DNA from: Daphnia carinata
Lineage: Eukaryota
NCBI RefSeq assembly: GCF_022539665.2
Contig: NC_081332.1
Location: forward strand, 3,410,001-3,474,000
Length of the DNA stretch: 64,000 nucleotides
Direction of reading: 5' to 3'
The position numbers and the translations under genes were made by a program. Below the pieces are notes generated by a model. It made no database searches and was not told the DNA's origin. It was given only the letters and a program-made list of their open reading frames with translations. The first letter of the stretch is position 1, and every line of letters starts with the position of its first letter. This document shows positions 55,431 to 64,000 of the stretch, piece by piece.

Positions 55431-57389
55431 TTTTGTTAAAAGTAAATTTTAGTACTGAGCGTTGCTTCTTTTTGTTTATACGTAACAATTCACAAACAAT
55501 CTTAGATGTCACAATGATCAATGGAACGTCGTCTGCAATGAAAATGTTTTGAAGTGCGCTGGTAGATGGCTTTTCACTCTACTTTTATCCAAGAGTTATT
55601 TGCTATTTCATACCAAACAGAGTTAGCAATTTAAAAAAATGTGAAGTGTAATTTTGAAAAATCTTAAAGTGCTTTGGCTTACTGCTTCTTATACAAATTT
55701 TTATTTTTCCCTTTTCTAGATTTGGCACCGCTGTCTGGAGTGGCGTGATGTGACGTCATTATACATAAACAGGCCTGTACACTCACTACCAAAAGACTAG
55801 GTTCTCTTTACAAGTTATCTTACCTGGACGTGGATCTCAATGTCCTTGCACAGAGGCCCCCAACGTAATCGTAACAGGTTCCTCAAGGTTCCTGATTTCT
55901 GGTTTTCTTGTTTAGTTGTTCAGCATTTAAATTAGGTATGGGCTTAAGTTATTTAAAACTCAAGTAAAGAAACCACCTTTTTACAGGAATCTTAATCTAA
56001 TGATAACCATGTTCATTCTTTTGATTATGTCAGTTTTGCCGTGAGACAAATACTCTTGAATTTTTGTAGAAATTCCACTCTCCATAAAAAAAAACCTGAT
56101 GACTAGTCAATTCATGACGATTCTTGCAATGTCACGATTCAATTACGCTGCATATCGATTAAATTTAGATACACATTTCAAGTCATATTTGGGAAAACGG
56201 CTCATTTTCAATCATGCAATATTTGGGGGCTAATATCAGTAAAATATCCATAAGCTTGTGTGGCAAAATTTTATGTAACACATACAGTATGTTCGAATAC
56301 TGCGCATGCAGTTCTGGCTTCACTTTGGGCCTTACAATTACGAGCTGCCAACAATTTAATGCACACACCCCATTGTCGGTAACCGGTTTTGAAGGCAAGC
56401 CGTCGAACGCGACTGTTTCGTCGTTCGTGAATTCGGCGCCCATTTCATTATTGTTTGCTTAAACAACTTAGTTGCGAATTTGAATATTACAATCAAATCA
56501 TATAGAACTACATTTCTTGCTCCAATACGATGCTTAGACCTACACAACTAGTAAAACGTGAGTGCTTCTGTTTGTTATTCAGAATTTCCAGCGTACAAAA
56601 GGAACAACATCGAATTCTGCTATAACTGATCCTACTTTCCCAAGCGATTCCTGATTCTATGATTTTCACACTCTCCTGGGGATGCAATCAATTATATGAA
56701 AAATTTCGAAATTTGTGCTGATTGAAAGAGTTTCTGCATTTACGTAAAGGTCTAGGATTTAGATCTTGATAATAACCGGTGGCTCAGTTCACAATACTTA
56801 TCATTTTTTAAAAACGGATCAGCTACTTTTTTTATCGCAGTTGAATACAGTGGAGCAATCTTTGTTGTTCTTTGGACTAGTTTATTGAACTAGCGATTTT
56901 CTCTGTATCTTTCTGATCTTTAAAACAAGTTTGGATAGGTTATTACTGACGTCACAAATCACTCAAAGGACGATTGGAAAGCTCAAAAAGGAAAGCTACA
57001 GTTGCGCCACTAGCGGAGTTTTTAAAAGAAGGTTGGTGGACAAGTTGTTGGTGCTCTGGCCTTTTATTTCTATGTTTCACAACACACTAGAGCATTGGGG
57101 TTTTCTGTTGACATCGCTGGTGGAACGTCAACAGAACAACGCCACATCTCACCAGTCAGTTGCTGCATCGAGATCCTTGCACTACAGATAGCCTTTCTCT
57201 TGCTTTGCAAAAGAATTACATGTCTTTCAATTTCATTTTTTGCGAACTTGTCCAATTTTGATTGACTGTCAGTCCTGTCATTCAAAATCACCTATTTCAT
57301 ATTTTTCGAGCGAAGACGCGAAAGTATTTTCAGTATATTGCCAAACCAGAACTGCTCGATTGGCTGTTTCCTCAAGTGATACAATAAAA

Positions 57390-58959
57390 ATGGCCAGTCT
57401 CCGTCTGCTCGCCGATGATGGTCCCGTTTTGGGAGGTAAGTAGGCAATTGCATGACTTGGATTTTTTGCGTTTTACTCATTTTTTGATGCATCAGACGTT
57501 GTGCTTTTATGTTCTAGACTTAAAAGTCTTTTGTTTCTTTGTTGGCTCGAGTGTTTTGCCAAGGCTGTCACGTATCAGATTTAATACGCACTAGCGAATA
57601 CCTAAAGGCTGTAACAATCGGGCATGTTAAGCTGCCAAATACGCATCCTTGATTTTGCTGAATTTGAAATACGATAGAAAACCTTATTTTTTCGAAGCCC
57701 TTTGACGTACAGTTTATTTTTAGGCTTTCGTTTCGATGTCACTGAACTATTGGCATCCAACGTACGCATTGCGTGCGTCTATGTTTAACTTTTGAGAAGT
57801 AACTTTGTGTGGTAGGGGCGGGTAAAACGTTGTCATGAAAATAAACAAGACACTTTCTGTCGTAAGTGTCACGCTTTTGGCCTTGGGATTACGCAACGGC
57901 TTTTCACAATTTTTCAGCGAGAGAAGTAGGGGCGAGGGTAGGGAGGAGGGAGGATATATTGACTACTTCCTGGTGGCGTAAAAAATATACGCCTGTTGAA
58001 ATTATAATGACATTCGTTGACGATTAATATTCGGCTTTTTGTGGTTCTTTGTTTTCTTTGGGAATTTTTGAAATGATCATCAAGAAATTGTTGCAGAGTC
58101 ATGGGTTGAAGTATCGGATCCGCCAACGAGTCCAACTCCCGAGCGTACTACTCATCTCCCCCATGGGTCTGAAGATTATCTTAGATTGCTAAGAGAAGCC
58201 CAACGCGATAGCAATCAGTCCTCTGCCCTCGTCTCCTTGGCTTCTACGCGCAAAAATTCACCACATAGCTCGTAAGTAACCAAATGGTGAAACCACAGTT
58301 TCGATTCTATCAATTTTTTTTTACGTATTTTTACACGTACGCTCTGCCTCTTACTCACCGCTGACAATGAAAAAGACCTAAGTCACCTCCAAATAGTCCC
58401 AATACGGAACCAGTTGGCGAAGGAGAGGAACTGAAAGGATTCTACATCAATTATTGCACTAAAGTATGCACACGTATTGAAGATTTCAGTGAACTGAAAT
58501 GCCCAATCGTTTATTTTTTTTATATTCTTCCATTAGGAAGGCACAAGTCTTGAGACTAACACTGACTGGGTTTGGGACTGGTCCAGTCGTCCTGAGCAGC
58601 AAGCGCCAAAGTGAGTCTCCGTGTCATTCGTTTCTCAACGGATGTTATTTTACGTTTCTTTGTTAATATCAGAGAATGGAAGTTTATACACCCGGAAGGT
58701 CGCATTCCGATGAAGAAGCCCTACGGCTACAGCATCCGCTTTGCCAAAGTTGGGGGTACCAGTGTTTTTTCTAGACAAGTTTTGTATACAATGGTCCTCA
58801 CCAACTTGGTGACGCTTCTGCTCGGCACCGGCATTGGGTAATTCTTTAGTTACAAAAATTCTAAAAACACTGTTTCTCAGTGTTTTATCTTGCACCACCA
58901 TTTACAGATTCTGGCTAAGTCGGCGCAGTAACGACGTCTTACAACTGAACTTGGACTAA
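57390..58959 (+). CDS. BNIP3: BNIP3/NIX-family mitophagy receptor, 199 aa
   Basis: Exons 57390-57435, 58097-58271, 58376-58463, 58537-58610, 58673-58837, 58908-58959. Motifs: LIR ESWVEV; EDYLRLLREAQRDS; SPKSPPNSP; family signature DWVWDWSSRPEQQAPKEWKF; C-terminal TM with GxxxG (LTNLVTLLLGTGIGFWLSRR). Confidence 0.92.
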
Positions 58960-59459
58960 AACGGATATTGGCAAGTTTCATCTTGGCAACCGCCGGCGAC
59001 CTGAAAGCGAATGATACATACATGTACAGCTAATGTCCGTTTAAGCATAGAGAGGCTTGGCTGTGACGTTCTTCTTTTTTATTGCATTCTACCTTTTTGC
59101 TTCATATTCTCCGAAATTTTGTCTTTCTGGCACTATGCCTAATAATCGTAAATTGATTTAAGGTTTCTTTCGTTTCATTCTTTGAACGTTTGAAAAAAAG
59201 CTTCCATTGATTTCTGATATTTAAAAAATAAGGAAGAAGACAAAGCGGAAGCGAAATTTATCTTAAACAAAAAAGAAGTGGGTTTTTTTATATCAGGCAC
59301 GTACAACAAGCAATCATTTTTTTTCGGAGTGTTGGTCAAATGTTTCGTCCCGTATTCACAGTTTACGTTAAACAATACATTTGCGTCATATTCATACAAT
59401 TAAAATTCTCTATGGATTAAACCCTAACACGAAATCAAATCAAATATCATCTTCAAACG

Positions 59460-60239
59460 TTACATCGGAAGCATAGAAAAATCAAAATGAGGAACCTCGA
59501 GGGGTGCAAGTGCGGGCAGTTCTGTTTCCAAGTCATTCGATCCCTTTTCTGTTTCTGGGGAGATGGACTGAGACGATTGTGCGAACTCATCGATAGGTTC
59601 AATGGCTTCTAGTTGTAGGTCTGTAGTTGTATCCGACTCTCGGCTAAACTGAAACAGCTGCTCTAGCTGCTGCCTCATTTTTTGAAGGCACTCAATCACC
59701 TGGTTGAGGTGTGGGTCCATACTTGTGCATGTATCGGCATGCAAATGCAAGGCTGCATCAGCTTCTGATAATGTCCTTTGACATTTGAAAAACATCAGGT
59801 ATATTCCATTCCAGTCATAAAATCATCATATTTACCTCAGAATTTCCATTTGTGTGACTTTAAGCTGCTGCTGTGTTTCCTGTTGACTTTCCACTGAGCA
59901 CGAAACTGATCCTATCTTACCACCTGAGCTATTCATTTTCTTTTTGTATTTTTCCAGTTGGGCAATCTTAGATTGAAGAAGCCACACTTGACGAATATGA
60001 TATTCTTTTTGACAAAGCAGTGATTGTTTAACTGTTGTTAAATCACTCAAAGTCATTGCAGAAGATAGCAGTGTAGAGGCCTTTTCGTGACACTCAATGG
60101 CATCATCAAGCTTTCCCTGTCGGACCAATTGCTCTGCTCTTCTGGTCTCATAATGTGCCTATAAAAGGAAATGAAATTATAGTTTGGTTTTGGCTTTATA
60201 TATAACTAAACCTACCTGGTTTAAACTTGAATCTTCCAT
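59460..60239 (-). CDS. NRBF2: Nuclear receptor-binding factor 2 (PI3KC3-C1 autophagy subunit, MIT domain), 220 aa
   Basis: Exons 60239-60216, 60158-59836, 59775-59460. The MIT N-terminus MEDSSLNQAHYETRRAEQLVRQGKLDDAIECHEKAS..SLLCQKEYHIRQ matches the NRBF2 pattern, followed by a coiled coil and C-terminal ELPALAPLEVPHFDF. Confidence 0.85.
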
Positions 60240-61182
60240 ATCAGCTGCTGCACCATGTTCATTTTAAAACAATTCAACGGTTATCTTTCAAACTGTGATC
60301 CTTTCCAGAACCTTATGTTTGATATAAAAAATGAAATGAATTTTTATTAGTAATCAGGTAAAAACAAGGGAGAGATCTGTTTTGTGCAGTTATTTTACCT
60401 TTTTGTAATATAACACTTGAAGTTGTCAAAACTGAGCACTGAATTAGAGATTGAGAAACCGCCAGTTTTCGGCCATAGATGGAGTCCATGTCTGAAGTAC
60501 CCTCCTCCATTGGTATTCAAAGCAAAGCATGGCTCGCAGCATGCTTGCTGTTTCTTAAGTTAGTTCTCACCCTCGGTGAAAAACCATGGCGTAACAAAGA
60601 TGGCAAGGTTTCTGCCAATGAATCTTAATGAAATTCTAGCCATGTGAGGGAACGTATCAATGCATTCATGAGTAAACATGAAGCTGAATGATAACTGTAG
60701 CTCACCAAATGTGTTTTCCAGTTTTGCTAGTGTTCTTTCTTACCAGCTGATATAATGCAGATGGCATCCCTTAACCAGAGAAGACTACTGGGCCATGGTG
60801 ATGAGTTACTGTCAAGGTTAGCAAACATTTTCATTTTCTTATTCAACCAATGAAAATTCTATCCCTGTGTGAGGTAACCATTCGGTGGGATTCACTCCCG
60901 TTTTCGTAACACGTAATGATAGCCTGCACGTTTCTCTGGTCGACAGTTTATCGATTGGAAGGAAAATGTGTTGTGCATATTTTTTGCAAGAAAGAAAATC
61001 AAGGGGGGGGGGGGCTAAATTGGTAGATGTTGAAAAGGATAAGGTTTGCATGGAACCTTACACAGTATTTTACCAAAGAATAAGAAATATTAGCGTATTT
61101 TAAATTTGCAAGATGGGAGAGGAAATGGCTGCCAATAAGTTTTCATTTTTTTCGCATAATATAAAAAAGGGGCGTTTTCAGT

Positions 61183-62011
61183 TCACGGTCGCTTAGGCCT
61201 AGCATATGGATCCTGTTGAAGAAAGAAATTATGTTATCGAGTCAAGATAAATTATCACTTAATATCTGTTTTAGTGCTTACTTCGAAGTCCAACCTCTGA
61301 ATTCTGATTTGATAAATTACTAAGCCTTCAGCTCCCATGTCGTCGACCTTGAAAAGAAGATATTTACAAAATGAATGCGATCATTGAATTTTAAATTTTA
61401 CTTCCGTAGTTAGGAATTGCGCTCTAGTGGCTTCCACTGGCATATTTATGCTATCCCTCCACGCGCACTCTTCTTCAAGTTGTTGCGAAGCCTGTCGAAC
61501 AAATAGGGCACGGTTAATCAATTTTCCACTGGAAAGGCCCCCGAAGAAAGACAAAATATTATATTTTTTTACATTTGTAATGGCTCTTTCTATCTTTCTT
61601 GCGGTGGTAAGTGTAGCGACGTCATTGTCACCTGCCTTTAAAAGAAAAATATGTTAATTTTAGCATTTCTGTCTTACGTTTTTAAATGTTGTGGAGTATT
61701 CTTACTGGCTGTGGAGCATTGGCGGTTGTTCTACGAAATATTGTGGTAAGATTCTGGACCGTGTTCTTGCAATTGAGATTTACGTTCTGTAAGCGATTTG
61801 CGTCCGGAGCTGCAGTATTACGTTTGTACCTCTTGACTTCTTTGCACCATTCCTCCATCTCGTTGAAACGGGGAGAAATGCCTGATGTTATGCCAACTTT
61901 TTCTATTACATTGATCTCCTTAGTTTCAACTTGATAACATAAAGTTGATGTAACAAAGAAAAACAACGCCACTAGAAACGTACTCCGCATCGCCAAAGAA
62001 GATTCCATCAT
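61183..62011 (-). CDS. Unassigned secreted protein, 184 aa: signal peptide, furin site RYKR, ~100-aa two-Cys domain shared with the neighbouring gene
   Basis: Exons 62011-61706, 61635-61573, 61491-61402, 61347-61282, 61212-61183, all separated by phase-0 GT-AG introns of 54-81 nt and giving one open frame. Hydrophobic N-terminus MRSTFLVALFFFVTSTLC. A 5' UTR intron spans 62180-62016. Confidence 0.75.
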
Positions 62012-62284
62012 GAATCTATAGGTTAATCAAACAATATTAGCAATTAAACTTTGAAACATAATACCGAGAGCAATTCTAAAATCCATTTTACTAATTGCTT
62101 TGGAGAAAATTATCGCAAAGCACAATAGGGATTCATCGCTAAAGTTTTGCATTAAATGGACGAAGAAAATTTTTCTTTACCTGCTTTTACTGTCAGCGCA
62201 CTACAGTTTAATGAACAGCTTCTGACTTTCCGTGATTGCTTCATTTACGTTTTCCGGTAACATCCACGTTGGTCGTTGGGGGTG

Positions 62285-62292
62285 TATCGATA
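62285..62292. promoter_or_regulatory. DRE core-promoter palindrome TATCGATA
   Basis: Exact match about 100 nt upstream (minus sense) of the 5' UTR donor at 62180 of the unassigned secreted gene. Confidence 0.45.
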
Positions 62293-62876
62293 TTTGAGAA
62301 GGCAAAGCCACCTCATCATTCCGTGACAAATCGAAAGATTTCTAAGCATGTCATACAATCCTTTAGTTTAAACGTGATTTGTTCTTCCTACTGACTGGAA
62401 ATAATTATATCTGATACGTTTGTGCGACGCGTCCTTGGTATGAAATCTATACACTCTAATTGTGTCAAAACATCGCAGTTAAAAGAATTTTTTGTTTACC
62501 CAAAGTTGCACTACAAAATCTCTATTTACACGAGCATCATTTTGTATAGCAATTGGAGAAAAATGAGAGAAACCAAGATTTGTCACCGGAATTTTAATCT
62601 ATTATTAATTAAATTTTGGTTTATCCCATCAGCGTGTTTATTACGAACATTGAATTAACTTGTTTATACGAAGCGTTTTTCCCGTTTCCGGAGAAAAAGT
62701 ATAGCGCAGAACAGAATTGATTATTTGCATCGAAAATAAAAACAAAACTTATGTAAACTGAATTAGGCAGATCAGTGTATTTTTTGGGCTATGTACTATT
62801 GCCGTTCACTTTATTGGATTAATATATTTAAATTTGTATTAGATGTAGGGAAGAGAAGCCTCCTGTTCCATGGATA

Positions 62877-64000
62877 CTATGGGAGTGCGTAATCTATAGT
62901 TTGAATTCCAATTTGGTAAATTATCATACCACCATCTGCCGTATGCTCGACCTAAATCATTGACAAATAATTGATATTTTGAATCATTACAGAAAAAAAT
63001 TGGATTAACAATCGAGCCTTACTTCTGTGGACAACCATTTTGTCCTACCGATGTCGACCTTCGAACAATCATCAAAAAGTTTACTTGCAGCCTATTGAAA
63101 AGTAAGTGATTAGTTGCTGATTAAAAAGTCATCTTTTAGTTGGTCTAGTATTCCAAAATACCTCATCAATAAAGTGTCCAATTTTTTTTTCTGCTGATCT
63201 TGTCGCATTGTCGTGCATGCTTACCTACAGTAGATAATGTTAACTCTATAAGCTACGATATAATGCAAATGAACATTTCCTACCGGTCTCGGAACTCCAG
63301 CATGCTGCTGAAGGTACACTCCAGCAAGCTTGTGTAATCGATGGCCACAGGTTAATTGATCATTCTGTACATTTTGCAATTGCTTTTGCGCTGCCTGTAT
63401 TTCTATTATTCCCGGAGCTACATACCGAGCAGGCTCCGATACTGGAATTGGGATAGTTTTTTCCGTTGTCACCTGGGTTATTGTGTTCGATGTTATTTCT
63501 TCCGGAGTAACATTATTAACTCCGGTACTTAATATTGATTGAATTGTAACGTTTTGTTTTTCCGGTGGTGTTGTTGCTACAAGTACGATAGGTTGCACGA
63601 CAGGAACAGGTTGCGGGGTAGTGACAGGTTCCGAGACAGCAACAGTTTGCACCATAGGATCAGTTTGCACGACCGGGACAGGTTGTGGCACAGGAATAGG
63701 TTGCGGATCAGGGACAGGTTGCGGGACAGAGACTGTTTGTACCACAGGATAAGTTTGCACGACTGGGACAGGTTGTGGAACAGGGACGGGTTGCGGGACA
63801 AGGATAGGTTGCGGGACAGGTTGCATGACAGGGGTAGATTGCGTGATGGGGACAGGCTGTGTTACAGGAACAGTTTGCACGACTGGGACAGGTACGTTTA
63901 GTGGAACGGCCTGTGCCTTGCCTGGCGAAAATGCTGTGCATTCTTGGTCGCACTGCTCTTTTGTTTTAAAATTGTTTTTTGTACCACTACAGCTTCCGTA
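62877..64000 (-). CDS. 5'-truncated gene: Kunitz/BPTI domain (C-terminal half visible), Pro/Val/Gln/Thr-rich stalk, unassigned two-Cys domain
   Basis: The frame is open from 64000 and reads YGSCSGTKNNFKTKEQCDQEC, matching the Kunitz consensus YGGCxGNxNNFxxxxxCxxxC, followed by PVPQPVPVVQT repeats. Exons 64000-63284, 63224-63162, 63091-63023, 62951-62877 are all phase 0 and end ..IIYQIGIQTIDYALP*. Confidence 0.8.
63590..63892 (-). repeat. Imperfect coding tandem repeat (PVPQ / PQPVPVVQT units)
   Basis: Recurrent GGGACAGGTTG(C/T)GG and AGTTTGCACGAC(T/C)GGGACAGG on the plus strand, with higher-order duplications of about 70-90 bp. Confidence 0.9.

Noticed and set aside
63219..63283. AG|GTAAGC at 63224 as a splice donor, and the ORF-track tail VGNVHLHYIVAYRVNIIYCR as coding
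   Set aside because: Alignment to the neighbouring paralog shows 63283-63225 is an intron and the site is an acceptor. Using it as a donor shifts the following conserved exons out of frame.

Overview
Compact, intron-rich animal genomic DNA with many short GT-AG introns (about 55-90 nt) and A/T homopolymer-rich spacers. It is arthropod-like and most consistent with a branchiopod crustacean such as Daphnia (inference only). No prokaryotic features, CRISPR, rRNA/tRNA or intact transposon were seen. I spliced 13 protein-coding genes by hand with frame-consistent exon phases: the 3' part of DUOXA/moladietz, BLOC1S1, PYM, a cytoplasmic-type actin, MSL1, neprilysin Nep1, a very long Ephexin RhoGEF, a selenocysteine thioredoxin-glutathione reductase (Grx-TrxR, C-terminal GCUG, type II SECIS), PQBP1, BNIP3, NRBF2, and two tandem genes I cannot assign. 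Best leads: (1) the two unassigned genes share an unrecognised ~100-aa two-Cys domain with identical phase-0 intron positions; in one it follows a signal peptide and furin site, in the other a Kunitz domain and Pro/Val stalk. (2) The actin carries Tyr at His40, the same change as the human ACTA1 H40Y myopathy allele, plus V43I and L67V. (3) Ephexin has a 10x11-aa amphipathic repeat exon, a phosphotyrosine-motif array with an exact EPIYA, an alternative first exon, and a candidate Rbfox-flanked exon that replaces half the SH3 with a PDZ ligand. (4) The seleno-TGR appears to encode mitochondrial and cytosolic isoforms through alternative 5' donors. No database searches were run; gene names rest on recognised motifs.
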